Source: Conidiobolus incongruus B7586 (lineage: Eukaryota). Taken from it: 38,581 nt of DNA. The notes under the pieces were generated by a model that worked only from the letters and a program-made list of their open reading frames with translations, searched no databases and was not told the DNA's origin. Positions 10,156 to 21,901 of the stretch are shown here, piece after piece; within the stretch, counting starts at the first letter, position 1; each line of letters starts with the position of its first letter. The position numbers and the translations under genes are program-made. The stretch covers positions 1 through 38,581 of the forward strand of contig JNEM01008457.1 of the NCBI GenBank assembly GCA_000697335.1. Reading direction: 5' to 3'.

Positions 10156-12974
10156 ATGTAATAAAAGCTTACAATTTATTGAATATTTAGTTTAGTGTAT
10201 TTATATGTATCATCCTTAATTTATGTTTTAAGTTGTCTCAGTCAATAGGCAAAAAAATTTTTTTAATCTACAAAATATTTTTACATTGTGAATATCATTA
10301 AAAGCACTCTAATTATAATAGCTTTCAATAGTTAAAATAATACTATTCAACTATATAACAGTAATGTTAAATTCTTATTTTTTTAATTATATGAAAATAT
10401 ATATGATATATAATTTGATTGAAAGCAAGGTTTAAATAGCATAATATATTGAATGATAAGGAATAAGCCCAATAATTAAAAATCACCTTTGACGAAAATA
10501 TTTTACATTGATAAATGACAAATAAGTAATGAAAAAAAATTCAGTTTATATACTTTCCAACAGGATAAAAATTCAATATAATTTCAAAGCTAGAGAAAAC
10601 ATTTCTAAACAGTCTATATAATATTAATCAAACCTTAATTGATTTCTTCTATAATCAGAATGATTCCAAATTCACACTTATGTTTGTTAGAAATTAATTT
10701 TTATGGTTATTTTTTGATCAAATAGCTTTAAACATATGATTTATTGTGTAAATTGTACGCTGCTTATTTTTCATTTCTTGTATATATTAGATTAGAATCT
10801 TTGAATATTCAAATATTCAAATATAATATATCATTTGGTTAAATTTATTTTTGTTTTTAATAATTTTCTAAATCAAAAGTTACAACAGAAACATTTCTAC
10901 TTATAACCTGAAATGGATGATAATTTTCAATACAATATCCCTTTTTAACTTCAGAATAACATAAATTAATCTATAATTTGTTATTAATTGTTTTTTCAAA
11001 TATTATATATTGACTATATATAGGATCTTTGACTTATCAATTCAATCTAAAAGTTCACATTTTTATTAATATATTGATCGTATAACACGAATATATGAAT
11101 ATTTAAATTGCATCAACAATACGCCATACAATCCCCATAATTCTTATTGAAAAACCTTTACATATTCCTCCATCACCATATTTATATAATATTGGTAAGT
11201 ATATAATTAATATCATTAAATTCGTAAATATATTTTAAAATTAAATCAATCAGATATTATTCATTAATTCAATATATCAAACCAGGAACATAGATATATT
11301 TATAAATTTATAATATTCGAAATATTAGTATGAATTGTATTATAACGAGCACTGGGGCTTGTCTCAAATAGCCACCCAATATATTATGTTGAAAATATGA
11401 TTAGTATGATTAAGCTTTTTTAAAATATATTTAAAAATAATTACTAATATGTTTAGTTTTTCAGAAAGATTATTTATGAATATTTAAGCTAATAGAATGT
11501 CAAAAATAATTTTTAAACATTATTAATACTGTCAAAAAATCAAAACAAATTTAAAAAATAACATGTTTGCGAAAGTTGAATCATACTACTTTTCAATATT
11601 GTATGATTTTTCATTTATGAAAATAATCCACATCAACAAAATTAGTCATATCCTTATTATAAATTGTTTATTATCAATATCTAATATATACAAATATAAA
11701 AAATGCAATTATTAATTTTACACTATAAAGCCATATCAATTATATCAGAATGATTTGTTCTTTCACATCTTAATAATCAATTATTCAGAATTTTAAAACA
11801 AAATCATAATAAAAATTTTTACTTGTGAAGTCTGAAAATATTCTAAATATTTCTAGAACTCAAAACTAAAATAATTTTATAAGTTTAAGCATATGATTAT
11901 ATTCATTGATGGTGGAGTAAATATCTAGCATGTTTTTGATTGTAATTAAAGAATATATCAATATATATTGAAGACTATCATATATTATTATATTCAAACA
12001 TAATCAGTATAAGTTAATAATAAAATTTTAATATTGGAAATAATTTGAATAATATTTATATTAAATAAAATGCCTTTACGATTATTGGTTTAAATTGAAT
12101 TTTATAATGCTTTGCATAATCATAGTGTGGATTGAAAAATATCACCATTATTAAATATGTAAATTAATAAAGTTGAAGATGAAAAATTAAAAATGATGCG
12201 ATTTAAGTGTCACTCTAATATGTTCATGATATTTTTCTACGAAGTTTGGTAAGAATTATTGGTAAATATGAGCATAGTAGGGATAATTTAATAGAGTTTA
12301 ATATTAGTCATTTGACATCATTTATTTACTAATATCTGTGAATATTTATTAACAAAATGATTCATTTCATTGTTGCAGTTTAGGAATGTTATGAAATTAA
12401 CAAATTAGTATGTAACTCCCCAAATATCACCCAACAAATTCTTTGATTTCTCCTTATAATTTCTAGTATTTCCAATCGGATGATCTAATATTATTGGATA
12501 ATAACTATGATTGGGTAATTTCTTTTCAGATTAACAAATTAATTGGAAATAGAATTCAATATGGTGTGGTTGACTAAGAAACACATAAATTTTGCTTTTT
12601 TAAAGCTAAATTTGAATTGGAAGTTTTTTGTTTAAGCCACCAGAGAACTAAACTCTATTCAAAGTATTGCAAATCTCCCTTGTTCTGCCCCCTTTTTCAC
12701 TCTCAATCAACTTTGCATCATCCACCTAAATCTCACTTGTGTAAGTCCATCTTACTTTTTTCTCACGCTTAGTATCTCATTTATGTACCTATCAACTTGA
12801 TCAAATATACCTTATTTTAATAATCAACCGTATACTTTCCTTTCTTGCTCTTACCCACTCTTTCTCACAAGATTTGGCTGCCTTAAATTAATTTGTTTAT
12901 ATAGTAATATCAAATATAATATATGTGCTATTTCCATCGCTTACAAGATCGTTTTTTAGTTATTTTGAACTCAA

Positions 12975-14102
12975 ATGTATAATAGTAGGGAAGGTGCTCA
13001 GCACGGAGCCTATCAAACTCTTCAATATCCTAATAACTATTGTTTTGCCCCAATATCAAACCCGACTAATCCTGTCGGACTCCATAATTTTTCTAACACT
13101 TCTCTTGTTACTTTGTATGGAGACTTTACATATCACGCTATTCGAACATTATTTAAAGAGCATTTAAAATTTAATCAAGAGCCTTCCCTTCCAGGCTTTC
13201 AAAGTTGCAATCAAAGAGGGCTTTCATTAAGATATTTTTGTTATCGCTTCTTTAACTCAGTTAACTGTGACCACCCATCTGTGGTAATTACTACTTTACA
13301 ATATTTAGAAAGAATTGTTAAATGTAGACCAAATTGGCTGGGGATTAAAACTGAAATAGATTTATTTTTAGTGAGCTTTGTATTAAGTACCAAATATTTA
13401 TTAGATGTTAATATTTTAAACTCTGTATGGTGCGATTACTTAAATATCCCTGTTAAAGAATTTAATCAATTAGAGAGAAGCATACTTCAAGCGTTTCAAC
13501 ACGTTTTAACCATTGACTCTCAGCTTTACGATCATTATGCTAATCAATTCTGCAAAGCAGGCCATTGGTCTACCACTATGGCTGCTTCATTGAGATTTAA
13601 TTTGGATCAGTTTGAAGATCATCCCAATAGATTTACATTGCATCAATCTATGTTTAACATCCTTAATAATGCACCTCATACACCCCCTAACTCTAAACGT
13701 GAGCATTTGTCACAGGAAGACACTCCTCCAGAGGATGAGGCATTTGAAGATCCACTTGGTTATCGACCTTTATTTCACCTCAATCCGATTCCGAGTATGC
13801 TACATTACACTTCGGGATACACACAGCAAACTTCAAAATCCTTATATCCTTCTTATGATATGGATCCTACCAATTATGATATGGCCCCTATGAATATGTC
13901 ACTTCAATATTCGTACTCGCATAGTGCGCTTAATCCGACATATTATTCGACAAGCTATTACCCGTCTAATACAATTAGCTTTGGCTCTATCATTCCAACT
14001 CATCAAGGATTTAGTGCTCACTCTCATAACAGCTGGTCTATTACTCATAAGCCACCTATGATGCAACACTCGTATCATTATCCACCCATTCCCTACTACT
14101 AG
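12975..14102 (+). CDS. Pho85-type cyclin (PHO80/Pcl/Clg1-like cyclin box) with Tyr/Ser/Pro-rich tail (375 aa)
   Basis: Cyclin box PSVVITTLQYLERI...LFLVSFVLSTKYLLDVNILNSVWCDYLNIPVKEFNQLERSILQAFQHVL fits the Pcl-family pattern KY..D....N..W......E.N.LE...L. A PEST-like HTPPNS...EDTPPEDE segment follows. Confidence 0.85.
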   Translation: MYNSREGAQHGAYQTLQYPNNYCFAPISNPTNPVGLHNFSNTSLVTLYGDFTYHAIRTLFKEHLKFNQEPSLPGFQSCNQRGLSLRYFCYRFFNSVNCDHPSVVITTLQYLERIVKCRPNWLGIKTEIDLFLVSFVLSTKYLLDVNILNSVWCDYLNIPVKEFNQLERSILQAFQHVLTIDSQLYDHYANQFCKAGHWSTTMAASLRFNLDQFEDHPNRFTLHQSMFNILNNAPHTPPNSKREHLSQEDTPPEDEAFEDPLGYRPLFHLNPIPSMLHYTSGYTQQTSKSLYPSYDMDPTNYDMAPMNMSLQYSYSHSALNPTYYSTSYYPSNTISFGSIIPTHQGFSAHSHNSWSITHKPPMMQHSYHYPPIPYY

Positions 14103-16581
14103 CCTAGCGATTACTCAAGCCATCTTCTCTTTATTTATTCCACTTTTTTGATGATTTCAACATGTTAATTTATAATTGTTCGATTTATCCATATTCTCAT
14201 TTACTCTACATCCACTTGGTGAAATTAATCGAGGGATATACTTTCGGCTTTCTATACAAAACCCTTCCATTCTTTTTCCTGTATAATTTTTTTATTTCCA
14301 AGTATTATTCAAAATAATTTCATTTCTTTTAAAATTAATATATATATCATCCATTTCACATTTAAATTATTATATATAATAAAACTATCTATTATCGATT
14401 TTACTATAAATTTACTATAATTGGCAATATTTTCCTCAATTTATGAATTTGATCAAGCTGTGAATTTTTTGATTAACAATTTACGGATAGAAAAATTTTC
14501 ACAGCTTTATTTCACCCAGTTTTGTATAATGGCATATTATTTGATAATACCCATTTTCAGAAATTTAATTTAATTATATACTAAAATAGAAATCTTTTGA
14601 CTGCTAAATGTATGATAAAAAATAAACAGTTTAACAATATTGCTTCAAAACAGGACTTCCAAAATACTAAATAGCAGCTTAATACCATTACTTTTATATA
14701 GTAGAAATGTAAATGAAGTTGTGTATTTCAATATTATCACAACCACTAAAATGAATTTTTAAAATTCAGTTCAAAATTTATAAATTGTCAAGATCTTCAA
14801 AGTCTATATTTCAATTTGTATTCTTATATCCCAATAATGTATTAATATTTGATGTTAACTAAAATACTATTTTATTAATAATAAACATTCAAATTAAATA
14901 TTTTAAATTCCTTAGTGTAATTAAATAATATATGTAACTATTACTATACTAAAGTTCAAATTATAGCAATATGATATAATTTATCAAGTATTAGCAAAAG
15001 GATGGTTGATTTGGAATTTGATGATTATTTAGGATAATAATATACTGCATTATTATCTCAATATTATACATTCACTTTTGATTTTTGATTAAGAAATTGA
15101 CTGTTAGGAACAACTTATATAAATATGCTTTAATGGAGAAATTAACAAAAATCATAATAAAATCACAATTTTTTATTTAAAACGTATTGATTATATTCGA
15201 AGTTTGTTAACGTCATATTGAATTAACTACTAACCTTGAAATCAATAATATTCTCATTAAATTTGAATACTTTATTTATGGTACTATTTTTAATTTCCAT
15301 TCTGTATATTTTAAATTACCAATTACATTATGATCCAATGTTTTTAATAGTTTTATTAATATTAAATATAATATGAATTTTTCTATATAGCTGAAGTATA
15401 TATTTTCTGAGATTTAGAACAAATTTCAATTAGCTTAATACAGCATTGGATTATTAAAACAAATTTTGACTTTAATTACGATATAATTAATAAACAAAAC
15501 GATATTTAGGTATTGAAATAAATAATAATGTTTATTGTTTGAGAATATTTGAACCATTCTCAAATATTGAATGTATTGAATAGTAATAAATCATAACACA
15601 CTGTTACATTTAAATATTCCTTTCAAGTCATTTATAGTGAGAGTGAGCTGATATTTAAATGTATAATGATAATGTATTACTAAAAATATGGAAATCAACC
15701 GGATATATATATTTTTCATTTGATGTCATAAAAATATATAAAGAATTATTATTTCTACAGATCATTTGTTAATATTGCTTACTCGAGTATATTATAAAAG
15801 TTGAATTTCCCTTTGAATTATGTCTATCATTTGTCCTACTAAATGTTAGGTATTAATGTAATAAAAATGAATAATGTTTATCTGATTTTGATCAAATGAA
15901 AAAATTAATATTTACACTCAAATTCCTCATACTCAAAAATTTTACTAATAAACTTAAAATATAAATAAATGAATAATTAACATCAGAGTTGTACACAATC
16001 TTGTAATTTCTAAACTTAATTACAATAATCATTTCATTATTTGTGGTTTAAGTGTTATTACTAAATTTTAATATTGAAATTTATATAATTTGCAATGAAA
16101 ATGAATTTTAAACCTGGTGTATGTTTATGATAGTATGTATACTATAGCATCGATTTATTTTCATAGTTATAAGATATGCTTTTGTAAACATTATTGATAT
16201 TGAGTAAGAGATATAATATAATAGTAAAGTCTTGATCATTTATTTATCACAACACTTGATATTTAAGAAATTTCGAATTATTCCTAAATTTCGTTTATAA
16301 AAGTTATATATGATATCTTTTAATATTTATATTAATATATACACTATTATTTTCTCTAATTTAAAAAAATTTATATTGAATAAAAACATTTGGTACATTG
16401 GGAAAATATCTTTTTAGGGATTAGAAATTAACAATTATACTATAACTACCTTTTATTAATTTGAAATTTGTTAATAAATATTATAATACTTGAGTTAATA
16501 GTATTATTATCAAATGTATTTTATATTTAATAAATTAATAGGAAATTTGTTGAAAAAGTATTAAATCAATAGAAATGTATG

Positions 16582-16589
16582 TCCCACAA
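16582..16589 (+). promoter_or_regulatory. TCCCAYAA candidate promoter element (DPH5)
   Basis: TCCCACAA, 98 nt before ATG 16688. Confidence 0.6.
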
Positions 16590-16687
16590 TTTGAAATTTT
16601 CAAAATTCAAACTTAAATTACATTTGTCGTATTTTATTATATACATAATTTTATAATATTAAAAATAAGATATTATAATTTTTGAAA

Positions 16688-17760
16688 ATGCTATATATTA
16701 TTGGACTTGGTTTATGTGATGAAGAAGATATCACTTTAAAAGGGTTAAAGGCTATTCAAAGCTGTGAAAGAATATATTTAGAAGCATATACTAGTATTCT
16801 TATGGTTGAAAAGGAGAGACTAGTAAATATAGATCTAGTTTCAAAAATTAACAATATTAATGTTAGTTATATTAGGAAAAACTCTATGGAAAAGAAATCA
16901 TTGTTGCTGATCGTGAAATGGTTGAATCCGAATGTGATAAAATCTTAGAAGGTGCTGATCAAGTCAACGTTGCATTTTTGGTAGTTGGCGATCCTTTTGG
17001 CGCTACTACCCATTCTGATCTCTGCATTAGAGCCAAAGAATTGAACATTGAAGTCAAATGTATCCATAATGCTTCTATCATGAACGCCGTTGGTGCTTGT
17101 GGTCTTCAATTATACAACTTTGGTCAAGCTGTTTCCATTGTATTCTTTACTGAAACCTGGAGACCCGATTCATTTTATCAACGCATCCAAGTGAATCGTC
17201 AAGCAGGAATGCATACTTTGTGCTTATTAGGTATAACTTTATTTGATAAGATATTTCATTTAACCTGATATTCAATTTAATATAATAGATATTAAGGTCA
17301 AGGAACAATCCATTGAAAACATGGCCAGGTAATATCATCAATTCTTGTTCATCTATATCTTTATTAAATGAGTGTTACAGAGGCAGAAAGATTTATGAAC
17401 CTCCAAGGTATATGACTGTGAATACTGCTATTGAGCAATTATTGGAAGTTGAAGAAAAGCTTCAATTAGGAGGTATTATTTTTACTGAAACTATTTAGAA
17501 GATGTTACTCAACAAACATATTAGCTTATAATGAAGATACTCTTGCCATTGGTGTTGCTCGCATTGGATCTGCTGACCAAAAGATGGTATCTGGAACTCT
17601 TAAACAACTGCTCGATGTTGACTTTGGTGCTCCTCTTCATTCATTGGTGATTATTGGATCCCAAATTCACTTTTTAGAAGCCTATTATCTTCGCCAATTT
17701 GCTGTAGATGTTGAGAGTTTGAATATGATCCTTAAACGTGATTATAACTTAAAGGAATAA
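16688..17760 (+). CDS. DPH5: Diphthine methyl ester synthase (~285 aa, 5 exons)
   Basis: Exons 16688-16822, 16876-17230, 17289-17328, 17381-17472, 17525-17760; total 858 nt. Motifs [95 protein letters not shown]. Confidence 0.97.
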
Positions 17761-18829
17761 ATGTAGATTTTAATTATTTATATACTCTAAATTTATTAGA
17801 AGATTATAACTGTAGTAAATCTGGAATAGGACTATTATTATAAAGTATTTATATTTTGCATCTTTATCATTTAATATATTAAAGACCAACCCCTTTTTTA
17901 ATAAATGTTATTAAAATTTGTTGTTCGATTTTTGGATATATTTTTTTAAAAAATTATATATGCAATTATTCAGAACTAATAAAACTAATTTTTTACTATT
18001 GAAATTTATATAAAGATAAATATTAAGTAATGTTAATTTTCCAGTTTTGTTCAATATGCTATTTACTCATACAATCAAAAATTATAATATTCGAAATATT
18101 AAAAAACAAATCCATTTATATTAAATTTATATTAGCATTGAATGATTCTAGTCATTATTTATTATTATCAAATATTATTTAATTTTGTAATTTTGTATGT
18201 GTAATATTCAATTGCTAGAAACTTGGTATTAAAATACTCTTACATAATTTCAAAAATTATAAGTTAATTAAAAAATAATATTTCTCAGTTTAAACGTCCT
18301 TCTTCAAATAATAAAATCCATGCTTATAGCATATTCCAAAACTTCAATTCGATGACAGTGCAATTATTTATTTGATTGAATTTCTAACTTTAAAAATTAT
18401 ATTTGGCTAATAAATGTTATCTGATCAATATAAAGTATATATTTCAGACAGTATTCAGATTATAACTTAAAGTAACTTTAGATTTAGTATTTTTTCCAAA
18501 ATAATATTTGCAAAGATTATAATCAAACGATAAAATGAGTAAGGTCATTATTATTTTGATATCTAAAAATATAAATCAATATTAATTTGTATGAAAGAAC
18601 ATATTTGTGACTCAACTTTCAATTCGCACTTACAATAGTCTTAACTTATGAGCTTTAATCTCTAAGATATAGCATTATATTAATTCAGGGTAGATTAAAA
18701 TACTCCCACAGATGCCATTCAATAAGTATGTATATATTTATTTCTAAATTATATAATACATATTTAATTGTTGCAATATATTTCAAAAAAAAACAATCTT
18801 ATTGATTATGATAAAATTTATTTTATGAA

Positions 18830-18837
18830 TCCCATAA
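18830..18837 (+). promoter_or_regulatory. TCCCAYAA candidate promoter element (UBC9)
   Basis: TCCCATAA, 108 nt before ATG 18946. Confidence 0.6.
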
Positions 18838-18945
18838 ATTGAAAATCAGAATCGATCACATGAACCCTCATAAATATAAGTGAATATAGTGAAATTTGAT
18901 TGAGACTACTAGTTATTTATAATTATCTTACTACGCAAGATACAA

Positions 18946-19731
18946 ATGTCAGGAATTTGTTTAAGTAGACTTACTGAAGAACGTAAACAATGGAGAAAGG
19001 ATCATCCCCACGTATTTCAGCATATATTTTTTCAAAAATATCATTTTAATATATATCTTTAGGGATTTTATGCCAAACCTGCAAAAAAGGCAGATTCTAC
19101 TTTAGATTTAATGACTTGGGAATGTGGTATACCAGGGAAGAGTAACGTAATTATCTCTATAAATGTGTTTTGCGTCTATCATTTATTAATTGTCTCTTAG
19201 ACTCCTTGGGCCAATGGTCTATATAAATTAACAATGTATTTCTCTGAAGGTACGTGCAAATATTCTTTTTTTTATATCAAGCTAATTTCGTTTCTAGATT
19301 ATCCTGCAAAGCCTCCTAAATGTAAATTAACTTTTACTTGATATTATTCAAGTTATTGATTAATTATTAGGCAAATTTACACCGCCCTTATTCCATCCTA
19401 ATGTTTATCCCTCAGGAACAGTATGCCTATCTATTTTAGATGAAGATGGGGACTGGAAGCCTTCTATTACAGTTAAGCAGGTAAATATTGATGCTTGCTA
19501 TTATCCTGCATTTATCTGACTTTATTTATAGATTTTATTAGGTATTCAGGATCTATTGAATTCTCCTAACGAGCTCTCTCCTGCTCAACATGAGGCTTTT
19601 AATTTATATAGGTATTATAGTTTAATTTTAATTTTATTTCATTTACTTAAATTTCTTCAATTTATAGAAAAGATTTAGATGCATACGAAAAGCGAGTTCG
19701 TCAACAAGCTAGGGAAAATCCAATTCAATAA
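18946..19731 (+). CDS. UBC9: SUMO-conjugating enzyme E2 Ubc9/Hus5 (158 aa, 7 exons; absent from the ORF track)
   Basis: Exons 18946-19011, 19063-19146, 19201-19249, 19298-19321, 19371-19480, 19532-19611, 19668-19731; total 477 nt. Translation [28 protein letters not shown]...WECGIPGK...[51 protein letters not shown]. Confidence 0.97.
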
Positions 19732-21901
19732 TAATATTTTTGAATACTCTAACAATCTTTTTAATCATTTATTGTTATGATAAATATATCCATAAATTTT
19801 GTCCATGATCATTAATAATGAATAATTGCCGTTGCATTTTATTTTTAATAGTATATCTAATGCTTTTAATGCTTTTTAATCCATTGACATTGGATTACTA
19901 GATTTATGATCATATTCTAGGTATAAAGTTGTTATACTAAATCATTCAATTGTATTCAATATAGGAGTAAATCTTAAAAACCTTACCACAACAACACCTA
20001 TATTACTCAATATCATATACATATTGCTTTATTTTTTAAATCAACTATAAACAAAAATGTTTAAATATTAATAAAATTGTGTTAAAATGTAATTTAATAC
20101 TTATATATACTATGGATATTAAATCATTATTAATCTCAAATTTGAAAGTATGCCAAACATATATTTATTATTATATCAAATACAAAAACAATTCTCTAAT
20201 ATAAATGAGACATTATGTTTTGAGATTATATTTTACTATTTTCTCTCAGTTTATCAAATTCAAGACAATTGTAAATTTTACAGTGATAGACTATCAAAAT
20301 AATTCATGAACTGTTAAGTATATTAGTAGAGTAAAATTTTTATAAAAATATATTCAATAATCATATAAAAATCAATGTGAAGTAGTTTAAATATTTTAGA
20401 ATTTTATCAATATAGTGAATTTATTAGAAAATTAATAATTAAATGTTTCAAATATAGTTATAGCTTTATTTCATTTGGAAATACAAGAATAGGCGTATAA
20501 ATTTTAAATATTTTTCATTATTAAGAAAGTTCAATATGATATTTAAAAATTTTGAGTTATTTTAAAGATGTTATTAATTTGTGATATACAAGAAATATAT
20601 TTAGAATATGATAACAAAATAATAATGATTTGTTTTTTATTTTAACATGAAAGTTAATTTCAACTTATTGATAATTGATTTTGATTTAATTTCAGATTTA
20701 AATATATAATCATTAAATGAAAATAAATTAATAATTTATTTCAAATGGTGATAAAAACGAACCCTATATAAATTAGGCTAAATAGTTAAATAATAAGTTT
20801 TTATTCATATTAATAATGATGAAAATGTGATTATATTTGAGGATGAGATAGAATCATGTTATCATGATTGTATAAAGATCCAGTCATTCATCAGAAATGT
20901 TACTATTACAACCTTTCAACAGAGTATCATTAAGATTATAATGAATACAGCCCATATATAACTTACCCTTAAAGAGTTTATATTCACCAGAGCAATAGAC
21001 GCTTCAATAGTCAACAAAGCAATGTATCAGTCCATGCTAATATTAATTATCTTCATCTGCAGCAAATCAATACAAGCTATGAGCAAGTATTTTTCAAATA
21101 TTAATATGTTTCTGTCTTTTTTAAGATATTTAATTCTACCACCATGAATACTAGACTCAGTATCAGAGGATGGAATGTCATCTAAAAAATCGAATATGGG
21201 GCCAAATTAAGTTATAGATGATATATATTATATGCTATAAGATATTCATTCTAGTTGGATCTGGGTAATTTTTCTACACATACATATTATTCAAAATTAA
21301 TTTGTGTTGATAGTAAAATTTGTGAGTATTATTTCGAAAATGATATAGAATCATTATCATCTGATGATTTTATTAATATTTAATATTTATAATTAATCAA
21401 AGGTAAAATTAATTTAATTTTAAGAATTTATTCATTATTCTTAATGTATTTTTTAGCATATCATAAATATATCAAATACTAGTAAGGTCATCTCATTTTC
21501 ATATAATAAATAAAATAAGGAAAGTTTAAATTATCAAAACCATTAATGGCTCCAATTTAAACTGATTTTTATATTATCATAAACCATAAAATCCTAAAAT
21601 TAATTTCTTTGATACTGAGACAATCAAGTATTATTGATTTAATATAAAATGATTGGTAGAGTATAACTGAGACAATGTAAATTACTGATAATAGAGGGAA
21701 AATAATATTTAAGTTATGTATTAAATTTCAATATCTCAAATTTAAGTAAAAAAATTATTTAGTTAATAATGATGACAATATACATCTGTATAAACCTGAT
21801 GACAAATAATAGTTTCAATAGAATAAATATATAAATTATAAATTATATTTATTGACAAGATGATTGATATTGCTTCTAAGTTAAATTCAATATGGAATCA
21901 T

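Noticed and set aside
11133..11140. Near-matches to the promoter motif: CCCCATAA here, ACCCATAA at 32562, TCCCATAT(-) at 1813, TCCCATTA at 29849
   Set aside because: One mismatch each and mostly no adjacent start codon; not counted among the nine exact copies.
12925..13893. ORFs 12925-13167 and 13612-13893
   Set aside because: Alternative-frame shadows of the cyclin CDS with non-ATG starts.
20959..20975. ACTTACCCTT resembling the U1 snRNA 5' end
   Set aside because: Mismatch to ACTTACCT(G), with no U1 stem-loops or Sm site. It is better explained as a reverse-strand GGTAAGT splice donor.
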